DNA from: Vicugna vicugna
Taxonomy: Eukaryota
Direction of reading: 5' to 3'
Assembly (NCBI GenBank): GCA_013265495.1
Contig: MU059523.1
Coordinates: 1,719,761-1,783,760, forward strand
Length of the DNA stretch: 64,000 nt
The notes below the pieces were generated by a model, which did not search any database, was not told the origin of the DNA, and saw nothing but the letters and a program-made list of their open reading frames with translations. This document shows positions 51,959 to 62,500 of this stretch, in pieces (positions within the stretch are counted from its first letter, which is position 1; each line of letters starts with the position of its first letter). The position numbers and the translations under genes were made by a program.

Positions 51959-54380
51959 TCAGGATGCAGGCTCCTCCTCTTCATGAGTAATGGGGATGCT
52001 GCTAGCTTTAAAGGAATACCTCCTACCCACTCCAAGAGAAGATCAGAGTTAAAAAAGAGTAGGTTGTGTTGTGGAAATCACAGTTACCTCACTCGCCTAT
52101 GCCTGGCCAGGTGATGTGGGTTAAGCTATTGCCCCCTGTTTGTTTCAGCTTCCTCCTCTGTGAATTCACAAGGTCCCCCTAATTGACATCTAAGGCCACC
52201 TCCAGTCCTCACAGTGATGCAGTTTTAAGTAGTGAGGCTGAGCCATGCCAGCTCTCAGGCCAGCCACATGAGGAGGCAGCTAATTTCTCCAGCCTTCCTG
52301 ACAGTTCTATAAGCTCCCAAAATTCCTCCGGAAAAAAAACTTTCGCTCTTTTTAGCAAGAGTCGGTTTCTGCTGCTTTTAACCAAAACATCAAAGAACCT
52401 AGATCACCGCAGGAGGTGGGGGGAAGAGAGGTACCAAGGACAACTACATTTTTGAAACTCAGGGTTAAACAAAACTACATAATATTCTTTACTGCAGAAC
52501 TTCCCAGCTCCTTGAACACAGTCATGTCTTCGTGACTTTCAAGAGAGTGTAGTATTTGGAATTTCACAAATCACTTTTATCGTAGATTCTTAGAGCCATT
52601 TGGAGGACATCTAGCCTGCAGTTCCTGACTCCTGAGACTTTTCATCTTGAAGTGTTATATGTGTGTAAAGTCTGACCTGCCAGCCAATGTTACGATCTTA
52701 GGTGAAGAAACTAAATCTTCCACTTCTTCACCCCCATGAAGTACTAGACATGAACTGATGGCTTCAAACTTCAAACTCATTGCAAACCAGCCTTCCCATA
52801 ACCACAGAGCGGCTGAATGTGATTAAAGTCACAACCGATCGCAGAACGCTCTTCCTGAGGCCAAGAGATCTGACCTGTGTCACTTTGCCAAAAAGCAATT
52901 TTCCTGATTACTTTCTGCCTGCCCGGGATTCCTGTGGTTTCCGGTGGTAAGGTGATCCTTCACTTCCTGACACTGTTGGTCTCCCACCGCCCCTGCTTGC
53001 ACTGTGTCACGGGACCCCTGGCAGGGCTGGCTGCCTCGCAGATAGAGGAGTACTCTGGGCACGGCCAAATGTTGATTGTCCACAGGTGGTTGAGCTGCAG
53101 ATCCATCGGCAAAGTGTAGTCATCAGTGACTTGATTGTTGGCACTGAGGATACTCTGTTCAACCCCAAGTTTTACTTAATTCAAAGTTTTTGTCCAATAT
53201 GTACCAAACCCATACCATATGCTAGGCTTTTTCATATCGTCTCAGACTTTCTGTTTAAGTTTTACCCTACATGACTGCATTTTAACTCTTTATGAACTTC
53301 TGGGACATATAAGCTCATTTACTATATTGTCTATAAAATAGGGCACTGACCCAAAAGAACTACAGATTCCAACTCATCGGAGTGACCTCTGGGTATCACC
53401 GGCAGCAACTCCTTGGCATTCTACCTTTGAATAACAAAAATAGATGCACAAAAAATGCAGGCCATAAAGGTTTCAAATTATATATTAAAAAAAATTGAAA
53501 AAATCTGTATAATAAAAAATTTGGTCTGAAGTTTGGGCTACAAGTTATCAATTCCTAGAGACTTTCTTCAACAAACAAAATTTATTGAATGCAAATTTTC
53601 AATTCACTGAAAAGAGGAGGAGAATGCATGCTGCTCCTTAGGCTTAATGACAAAGCACTTTGCGAAGGGAGTTACATGCATGTATTATGTGCACATTTTT
53701 ATACGTAAAATAGGCATTGCAAGTTAGGTACTTTTATTATTATCCTCATTTTACAGAGAAGAAAATTAAGACAGAGAGGGTTACAAAGCTTGCCCAAGCT
53801 CATATAGCTAGCAAGAAGCAAAGCTAGGATTTAAATATAGGACTGCCTGACTCCAGTGTTTATTATGCCCATAACTATTGCGCTGTACCCCTAACAGTTT
53901 TGCGGAGACATCGATCCATCAGACCTCCCGTGGGGGGCAGATGGAGTTCTAAGCCTGGGTGACTCTGGGCACGAGCAGTTGCATTTGTTCATCCCTCATC
54001 TATCCACCTCCCCCCACAACCCTGAGCTGTACAAACTACTATCATTTTCCAAAGATGCCATGACATGGAAAATGTTGGGAAGCATTCATTTACCCACCTA
54101 GGAAATCACTTATTAAAAGGTGAAAGGCATTGCGTGGACGGAAACTCAGTGAGCGCCCATGTGCTGAGGGCCTCCCTCTTTCCTTCTGACAAGGAGAACT
54201 AGGCTGAAAGGTCAGGAGCCAGTGGGGTGGGGGGTGGAGGAAGGCTGCCCCCTGTGCAAGTTCTTGTGTGAACCTGGAAGGGGAATTAGACTAAGTGCCC
54301 CCAAGTGGTGAGTGAGAGTTGCTGACATGGCGTCAAGAGAGTCTTCACGAACGTGGTCAGGAGGCTGTGTCAGTCCAGGA

Positions 54381-54600
54381 CAGGGTTTGGTAAACTGTGA
54401 CCAAACCTGTGGGCCAAATCCAGCCCATGAATTTGTACAGTCCATGAGTTAAGAATGTCTCTTACATTTCTAAAAGATTGTAATAATGAAAAAAAAAAAA
54501 GAGAGAGAGAGAACATGGAACGGAAGACCGTTTGTGACTCTCAAAGCCTAAAATACTTGCTATCTGGCCCATTACAGACTAAGTTTGCCAGCAACCCCTG
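54381..54600 (+). mobile_element. MER58-type (hAT-Charlie) MITE
   Basis: Termini 'cagggtttggtaaact...gggccaaatccagccc' and 'aagcctaaaatacttgctatctggccc...aagtttgccagcaacccctg'. Confidence 0.8.
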
Positions 54601-55348
54601 GTCTAGATCACCAGTGATCACTCTGTGATCACCCCAAGAAAGTCAGGGGCCAGTGAACTCAGAATAAAGCCCGAATAAAAACCAGTAAAGACTGCAATGG
54701 CTGCACTGACAATTGTACATACAGCCTTTATGAAACTGTCACAGAGATTTACCTTAGACTTTGGGAACCAAGTTTCGGTATGCAATGGGAGAAGAGGAAT
54801 GGGAAAATAACCTCCTGTATCCCAATTTTACACCTTCTAGTTTGATAAATGTCCAGGTATTTTGTAAGCTGTTTCCAGGCAGATTCTGTGAGAATGAACA
54901 GCTGTAAGGAGATGTCTCCAAAAGGGGACATGAGGGAACTTAATCATAAGAAGAAAGAAACCAATTATTGAATGTCTACGACATATCAGGAGCTTCCACA
55001 CCTGCTGAAGCAAAAAGCCCATGCACACTGCCTCCAGTTTATAGGGAACACGCTGGGTCTCGAAGGGGCTAAGTCACTCGTCCAAGATCAAACAGCTGGT
55101 AACTGGCAAACCAGGGCTGCAAATCTCAGTTTTCTGATTCCAAGTCCAGGGCTCGCTTTTCTATACTCGGCTCCAGAGAGTGAATTTGAATATGTTCCAG
55201 ATGAAGAATCCAAAATCCAGAGTCCCAGCTAGAGCTTGCTTCCTCATCTGATTAATGAGCATATAGACTGGAGGATGGCAAAGTCCCTCCCAGCGCCATC
55301 CTTCTGTGTTTGTTTCTGAGAAATGAGGCAAATGAAATGGAAAAAGAA

Positions 55349-55523
55349 GTGGAAAAGCAGCTCAGTGGTAGAGTGCATGCTTAGCATGCACAAGGTCTTG
55401 GGTTCAATCCCCAGTACCTCCATTAAAAAAATAATAATAAAGAAACTTAATTACCTCTCCAAAAAAATTTTTTTTAAATACATTGTAAAGAAACGTTTAA
55501 AAATAAGGAAAGAAAGAAAGAAA
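55349..55523 (+). mobile_element. Camelid tRNA-Ala-derived SINE with extended tail
   Basis: Head 'gcagctcagtggtagagtgcatgcttagcatgcacaaggtcttgggttcaatccccagtacctcc'. Perfect 15-bp TSD gaaatggaaaaagaa at 55334-55348 and 55524-55538. Confidence 0.92.
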
Positions 55524-55639
55524 GAAATGGAAAAAGAAACTCAGGTAGACAACTTTCTGCTCCTGGCTTGTCCAAGTTCCTTGGGGTATGAGGTCGGTGG
55601 GGGTTGCCCAGATTAATTTAAGTGAGAAATGCATAACCA

Positions 55640-57100
55640 AAGTCAGGTTTTCAATGCTGATAGTACAGCAGCCTGACTCAACAAAGACTCCCTCCCACCA
55701 CAAACACATGTAAACGTTGGATAAATATTTTACAACTTTAAAATCCATAGCCTGAAAGAAAGCCAAGACAGTTTCCAGGTGCCAGAAACAAAAAGGAAAT
55801 TCAAAACCAGAGATGTAAGCTCCAGCTGACACGTGAGGGACCAGGAAAGAACCAGGCCTGGATACAGGCCCCATGGTAAATTTGGCCTAGAAGCAGTTCA
55901 GGCTGGAACTGAGGCTTCTGCTTAAAACTGGGACCCTTGAAAATGCTTCCAGGACTTTAAAGAAGAACTAAAAGAACACTGTCTACTGCCCAGAGAAGCA
56001 AAAAGGAAGTAAAAGCTGCTTTTCGGGGCTCTGGGTGGGAAAAAAATACAACCTGTGAAAAATCTCAAACCCAATCTGGGTATGGGGTATGAATTTAAAC
56101 TACCCACATGCTGTCAGAATTTCAAGCAAGATATTAACAAATAGAACTTCTAGAACTGAAAAGTGTAATCATTAAAAATTTTAAGTCAAATTAAATAGCA
56201 GGTTAGATACACTTAAAAAGAACTAGAGAATTGGTAGATTGATTTAAGAAAGTCACCCAGAATGAAACATAGAAAGATAAGAACACAGAAAACATTAAAG
56301 ATAGTTTAAGAAGCATGGGGGGTGGGGGAGAGGTGTTGACTAATATATTTGGAATTTTACATCTAAATCAAACATCAAGTCCAAAAGAGAAAGGAGGGAA
56401 GGGGGTTAGAAGAAACTCAAAAGAAATTATGTTTGGGAATTTTCCAGAATTTAAGAAGTGCCACTGAATCCTAAGCAGCATAAAAGAAAAACAAACAAAA
56501 AAGTCACATGGCTACATACATTGCAGTCAAACTTCTAAACAAAAAAAGAAACTCTTAAAAGCTCCTGAAAAGAGAAACAACCTAAAAAGAAATGACAATT
56601 AGGCTGAACTCAGAATTATCATTAGCAACAATAGAAGAGTTTCTCTTATATCCAACTAAACTATTGTTCCAGAAGAAGGTGAAATAAAGATGTTTTCAAA
56701 AATGAGGCTAAAATTTTTTTCACTGACATCCATTGCTGAAAAAACTACTAATTTGATGTTTCAGAAAGAAGCCAAAATTGAAGCCCTAAAGAAGTATGAA
56801 GAAATCATGAGCAGAAAAATAAGTAAGCATTGACTTAAAACAACAGCAGTAATATGAGCCAATATGGAAGCAACAAAAGCAAATTAAATTATAACACTAA
56901 GGAACAATACCATGGAAAATGCGAGGAGGTATTTTAAACCCTTGTATTTTGGGGAAGGAAAACAAAGAAATATTGAATGGCTAGTAAAGTACCCATGATT
57001 GAAGTTTTACTGTAGCCAGTAAAATATTTGAAATACAAGAAATATTTTCAAGCTAATAGAAGGAGGTGGAGGAATAGTGTAATGAAAACAAACGATAAAA
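55640..57100 (+). mobile_element. Ancient L1ME/HAL1-like 5' region and decayed ORF1
   Basis: A-rich ORF1-like text ('gaacttctagaactgaaaagtg...aattaaatagcaggttagatac...gaaattatgtttgggaattttccagaattt...tatccaactaaactattgttc...gaaggtgaaataaagatgttttca'). ORF2-like fragments follow at about 57.48-57.8 kb. Confidence 0.65.
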
Positions 57101-57185
57101 AAAAAGAAAAGAAAAGAAGAAAATAGAAGAAAGATGAAAGGAGAAGAAGGAGAAGGAGAAGAAGGAGCACAAGGAGAAGAAGACG
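57085..57185. repeat. Purine-rich (GAA/GGA)n simple repeat
   Basis: 'aaaagaaaagaagaaaatagaagaaagatgaaaggagaagaaggagaaggagaagaaggag', read directly. Confidence 0.85.
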
Positions 57186-57275
57186 CACCACCAGCATCAG
57201 CAGCACGTGGGCAAGGAGTTCTGGATCCCCTTAGAGAATCAAATTCTAAATTCATCTCAGTCCCTGTTAAGGTTT

Positions 57276-57294
57276 GGCGCCACCTGCTGGTGAC
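57276..57294 (-). promoter_or_regulatory. Strong CTCF core motif, reverse orientation
   Basis: Minus strand reads gtcaccagcaggtggcgcc, a near-ideal CCAGCAG[AG]TGGCGC core with its CpG intact. Confidence 0.6.
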
Positions 57295-58019
57295 TGTCTA
57301 CTGGGAGATTTCTGGGTGGAGGCTGAAGACCCACCTCCATTACCTGAGGTTTCACCTCTGCCCAGCCCCCTCCCACCTACACAATAGATGAGAATTTTAA
57401 TCCACCTTCCTCTTAAGAACAGGGCCTGGGCAGACAATGGGAGCCCACACCAACAGTAGAACAAAATTCATGTTTTGGCCAGGATTTACTGCATTTAAAA
57501 AGAATGAAATCTGACAATTATTACTGAGCATTCAACTCAGAAAGTGAAGTATCCCAAATACAGCAGAAGGAAGGAAATGACAAAGATAAGTGAGGATTTA
57601 ATGAATTAGAAAATAAACAATTAAGGTCAACAAAATATAAGATTCTTTTTTTAAGGTAAGTAAAATCAACATCTGACACAGAAAAAAATATATATATAAA
57701 TACTAAAATTTTTTTAATGAGGCATGACTAAGGAAAAGAATTTTTAAATATAGAACTAATATTATGCAACTAAAGTTTAAAGCAGATTAAATGAACAATG
57801 TTATTTACCTTTTTAATGTTTAATCATTTTACTTATTTTTACATATATCAAAACATATACCAGTCTATGCATGTAAATGATTACACACTGATTATGTACA
57901 TGGTTTTTTAAGTGGTCTTACATTTTCTTTTCTGTCTGGACTTACCTCTTCCCCCACATACACACCCATGCCCAAAGATGTCCTGTGTGTATGATAAGAT
58001 ACACATTTATTATGAGCAA

Positions 58020-58395
58020 AACAAAAGATATTTAGTTTTCTTGTCATAATAAAAAGTTCTGGAGATACTCTGCTACTGCCGGTTCTTTGGGTCCGTCCTT
58101 CATGGCCTCAAGATGGCTGCTGCAGCTTCATGCATCAAGCCCACATCCCAAGCAGGAAGCAGGAGGAAGGAAGTCAGGACAACCAGTAGCATTGGCTCTT
58201 ATTGTTGCTGTTTCAAGTCAATGCTTACTTATTTCTCTGCTCATCATTTCTTTCATACTCCTTTTGGGGTGCAATTTAGGCTTCTTTTTTAAGCCAGAAC
58301 TGTGTCACATGGCCATCCCTGGCTGGAAAGTGGCTAGGGAAAAGGGAATTGGGAATGGACTTGGATCAACAAATCAACATTAACTGCCATACCAC
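58020..58395 (-). mobile_element. MaLR LTR (MLT1-type)
   Basis: 'catggcctcaagatggctgctgcagcttcatgcatca' and 'agccagaactgtgtcacatggccatccctggctggaaagtggctagggaa'. Confidence 0.7.
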
Positions 58396-58574
58396 ATCCA
58401 CAAGTTAATTTGTATCCTTCTATCTTTTTCTTCATGGTTTTATAATCCTATACAGATAAGTATGTATGTATATTCTTATGGTCACAGCTGTAATGCTGCA
58501 AGGAAGTACCAAGAGGTTACAAACGTAACCTTCTTGTGTAAAAGCGGTCCTACCTTCTCCTGCTGTTCAGTCAC

Positions 58575-58999
58575 TGTGACAGCCATGAGAGTGCACCCAG
58601 CAGAAGTCCAGCTACCGATGGTTTAACTGACCATGCGCCCCAGCTGCTGGCTCTGAAGTCTGAAGCTGTGCTTTCCACAGGCTGCCCCTGGTCAATGACT
58701 GAGCATGGCAGGGACACTATGGAGGGTCCTTCTTGGGATACATGGGACTCCTCTGATGACTGATTTCAGGTCAAGGGCTCCCCACTGGCCTTGTTGAAAC
58801 TTCCTAGGACTGCACAGCCGTCTAGGACTGTCTCACTTAACCTTCGTTCTCTCTGTTTCATTCAGGGTCACATTTACATCACAGTCTGATCACTCTCCCA
58901 GCCTCACATGACTCTTTTTTTTTTTTCCTAGACTTTTGCTCCAATAAAACCCTACATGTCCTGTCTTGGTGTCTGCTTCTCAGAGGACCCAAACTAATA
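58575..58999 (+). mobile_element. LTR16B-like ERVL solo LTR
   Basis: Starts 'tgtgacagccatgagagtgcac', has an AATAAA in R, and ends 'gtcttggtgtctgcttctcagaggacccaaactaa', as in the recalled LTR16 consensus. Confidence 0.8.
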
Positions 59000-59000
59000 G

Positions 59001-59580
59001 TCAACTGCCCCTGTCAGTATGATGACTTTCTTCTTGCCTGCTGGAACTTGGCACAACTGTAACTTGTAGTTCAATGGGAACCTTGTCCAATGGCAAGCAT
59101 CCCTTTGGGGAACCAGGATCTTCAACCCTACAGAGATCAGACTTGTAGGGACAGGAAACAGAAAATCCACAATAAGCCACTCCTGTTCTGACCCTTGGTT
59201 CCCAGATCCATTTGTTCTTCCTACTGAAGACACAGATACAGAGGTCTATGACTTAATGCATACACTACATGCTGAAGAATGGTACCCCCATCATCACAGA
59301 GTGTTGCCTCTGAGCTGGATCATCAACTGCAATCTTAGATGCCTCTTCCACCTTTCCAAGAAACCAGCTGCTTCTGGATGGTGCAATGTGTGATACAAAA
59401 TTGGACCCCAACATCGTGGTCCCACTCCCACACCTCCTTCACTCTGAAGTGGGTCCCCTGGTCAGATGCTCCACTGTGTGGGGTTCCACACCTGTGGACA
59501 GGTATTCTGTGAGTGCCTGGATAATGGAGGCTAGATAAAGGCTCTGCAGGTGGAAAAGCAATCTTAGACCTAATACAGGT
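59001..59580 (-). mobile_element. ERVL internal fragment (pol 3' end / dUTPase-like region)
   Basis: Minus ORF 58994-59233 (TNGSGNQG...FLFPVPTSLISVGLKILVPQ...TRFPLNYKLQL...KKVIILTGAVD) resembles ERVL 'TNGSRNQG...VLPVPATLGSAGLEVLVP...VPLNYKL...VTILAGVID'. Confidence 0.7.
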
Positions 59581-59583
59581 ATC

Positions 59584-60025
59584 TGTGGTACTCCGTCTCC
59601 ATGATGGCCCCCAATGATTCTCTCTTACTCACAGTCATACCTCGTGGAGTCTCTCCTATATACTAAGGGCTGACCTGTATAACCAATAGGATATTGCAGA
59701 AGTGACATGTGCCATGTCTGAGGCTGTGTCATCAAAGACATGTGGCTTCCCTCTCTTAGATCGTTTGCTCTGGGGGAAGCCAGCCACCATGGATTAAGAC
59801 ACTCCAGGAGCTTTATGGAGATGTCCACATGGTGAGGAACTGAGACCTCCTGCCAAGAACCAGCATCTGACTGAAATCTCACGCGGTCCCTTAGCCGGAA
59901 CTGCCCAGATAAACTCATCCCAGATTCCTGACCTGCAGAAGTCACAAGAAATGATAAATGATTCTCTCCCATTAAGCCACTTAGTTTTGAAGTAATTTGT
60001 TATGCAGTATTAGATCAGTGAAATA
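59584..60025 (+). mobile_element. MaLR LTR (MLT1F-like)
   Basis: 'tgtggt...catgatggcccccaatgatt', 'ggagatgtccacatggtgaggaactgagacctcctgcca' and U5 'ttaagccacttagttttgaagtaatttgttatgcag'. Confidence 0.8.
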
Positions 60026-60329
60026 ATCCCCAAATCAGCCCACAGTTTTGGGCGTCAGTACCCACCTGTCTTCTGAACAAATCATCCTACTTTTTTCGCT
60101 ATATAGAAGTCAAAATCATTTTAACTATGTGCTGAGATATCCTCTACAATTAATCTGATTATTCTTTATGATTATTTCTATATAGTGCTTCATGTCTGAA
60201 CTCTCTAGAAATTACAGAAGAAGGTAATTCAATATCTTGGGTTATTGAGTAAAGAATAGACATTTGTCCCATGGAGTTTTTCCAAATGTAAGCATACTAA
60301 ACATACTAAAACTATTAAAAAGACAATAA

Positions 60330-61495
60330 TCACAGAGTGACCAAAAAAACTGATGCCATTAATTGCCATCTTCCATCTTTATTTTTTGGATAAATCCAAG
60401 ATTCTCTAGCCCACTGCAAACACTATTGTTCTAGAAAATTTCTAGTACTTGAAAACATCTTCTGATTAGTGGTATTAACAAATGTGATATTTTGACAAGA
60501 CATAATAAATATGATAGCATTTGGAAAATCAGAATGACTTAATGAATCAATATTTTCTGCTAATGTATCTTTTTTACAAAATTATACATGGGTAAAAGAT
60601 ACATTAAAAGTGCATCATAGAGTAATAGATTGTAGCATAAAAAAACATGAAAAGCTTGTTGATATGCTTCAGATTACACAACGCAACTAATCTTTAATAA
60701 GTTCTCACTTTTCAGGCTTTGTGCAACATCAAAGAAAGATAGTCACAATTATTTGAAAAGACTATGAAAAATTATTCCTCTCTTTTCTCACTAAATACCT
60801 GAGTGAGGCCAGATTTTCATCATAAACTTCAACCAAAACAAATATTGTAGCAGATGGAATGCAGAAGCAGAGATGAGAACTTAGCTGTCTTCTAGTGAGC
60901 CAGACCGGAAAGAGATCCTCACAAATGTAAAACAATGTCACACTTTTCACTAATTACTTTTTGTTTTGAAAAACATGCTAATTTTTTCACAAAAACATGT
61001 TATATTAATATTTAACGGTTTTATTCTTGCTACATTTAAATGAATATGTTTTAATGTTCTTATTTTTAATTTCTAATACAATATGCATTAACAGATATGA
61101 CCCTCTGACCCACAAAGACAAGTTCTAGAAGGAGTCCTCATTAACTTTTTTTATTGAAGTATTGTCAGTTTACCATGTTGTGTTAATTTCTGGTGTACAG
61201 CATAGTGACTCAGTTTTATATATATATATATATTCCTTTTCATATTCTTTTTCATAATAGGCTATTACAAGGTATTGAATACAGTTCCCTGTGCTGTACA
61301 GTAGGAATTTGTTTATCTATTTTATATACAGTAGTTAGTATCTGCAAATCCCCAACTCCCATTTTATCCCTCCACCACCCCACTTTTTGCCTGGTAACCA
61401 CAAGTTTGTTTTCTATGTCCGTGAGTCCTCATTAATTTTTAAGAATGTAAAGGAGTCAGAAAACCAAAGAATTTGAGAACTGCTGACTTTTTGCA
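60330..61495 (+). mobile_element. Charlie1-type hAT transposon 3' part (decayed transposase C-terminus plus right end), split by an L1
   Basis: Remnant peptide YLSEARFSS*TSTK.../...RWNAEAEMRT*LSSSEPDRKEI at about 60795-60925 matches the hAT dimerisation domain. The right end is 'gtaaaggagtcagaaaaccaaagaatttgagaactgctg'. Confidence 0.8.
61145..61422 (-). mobile_element. Camelid/artiodactyl-type L1 3' end with 13-bp TSD
   Basis: Antisense L1 terminus flanked by the perfect TSD gagtcctcattaa at 61132-61144 and 61423-61435, followed by TTTTT/AA, the canonical L1 endonuclease site. Confidence 0.92.
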
Positions 61496-62384
61496 ATCCC
61501 ATGAGGCTGGAACTTTGTAATTTTTGCTATTCTAGACATGAAGAAACTAAAGTTTAGAGAAGTTAAGTGACTTGCTCAGGGCTGTGTAGAAGATGGCGAG
61601 TAGTAGGGGCAAGGCTCTGGGCTTTGGGGCCCAGGTTCTTCACCTCTGCACCATCCTGCTGAGTTTGGTCAGACAGTGCTGTTCCAATAGCCCCAAGGTT
61701 TGGCTTTATTATCACCATCAATTTTGCCCATTCTCAGTGGCAAGTAGCCCCGTTGTTTGTCTCCCACGATTACTGAAAAGGCAACATAACCTTTCCCAGG
61801 ATAGGGCCTCAGAGAGTGGAAGCAGACTGGTGATTACAGCAGTTGGTACCATGCAGGGTGCAGGGAGGGGTGGAGAGGTGGTCAGTCTCACATGCCGTCC
61901 GAGTTGTTCTAGGTACATGTCCAGGCTCTCCCAGCTCTTAGACTTGGTGTTTCCCAATGCGGCTGATGAAAAGTGACCTGATCCAGGCCCAGGAGCTGAT
62001 CAGGTTCTTCCCCCTCTAGTTCTGCCTTACCCAACACGTAGACACTGGACTCATATATAACTATTTACATTTAAGTTCAAGTTAGTTAAAATGCAGCAAA
62101 AGGAAATGTTTGGTTCCTTAGTCTCACTACTTACATTTCAGGTGTTCAAGAGTCACATGCTGTCCCCATATCTTGCCGGCACTGGGGTCCTTGGAAACTT
62201 ACAGGGTCTAGTGGGGAACCAGTTGGCTTTGCAGTGACTTGAACCTGGACCATTAGACAGTGCATATTCTCCAGATGGGGGTGGTAAGGGTGATGAAAGG
62301 CTCTGAGGAGCAGTGTCTCCCCCTGGAGCTGACAAAGGTTGAATTCTCACAGCGTAGGCTGTCGACTTTCTGAGCCAGAGTCCC

Positions 62385-62500
62385 AGGTGGGCCTCAGCTG
62401 GTCCTCAGCCAGAATCTCTAGGAACAGGGGTCAGGGGTTCTGCCTTTTTGACAAGCTTCTCAGATAATGCTTAAGTACTCCAAAGTCTAGAAGAACTAGG
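62385..62500. mobile_element. MER5A-type hAT-Charlie MITE fragment
   Basis: 'cagccagaatctctaggaacaggggtcaggggttctgcctttttgacaagcttctcagataatgcttaagtac...aagtctagaagaacta'. A similar fragment lies at about 37700-37830 and a MER3-like piece at about 62040-62160. Confidence 0.6.

Noticed and set aside
15648-55523. Six tRNA-Ala(AGC)-like sequences as true tRNA genes
   Set aside because: Each has an A-rich family tail, most have TSDs, and they carry stem-disrupting substitutions. They are dispersed SINE copies, not functional tRNA loci.
57134-57391. Acidic Glu/Gly-rich ORF (MKGEEGEGEEGAQGEED...)
   Set aside because: The N-terminus is translated (GAA/GGA)n microsatellite.
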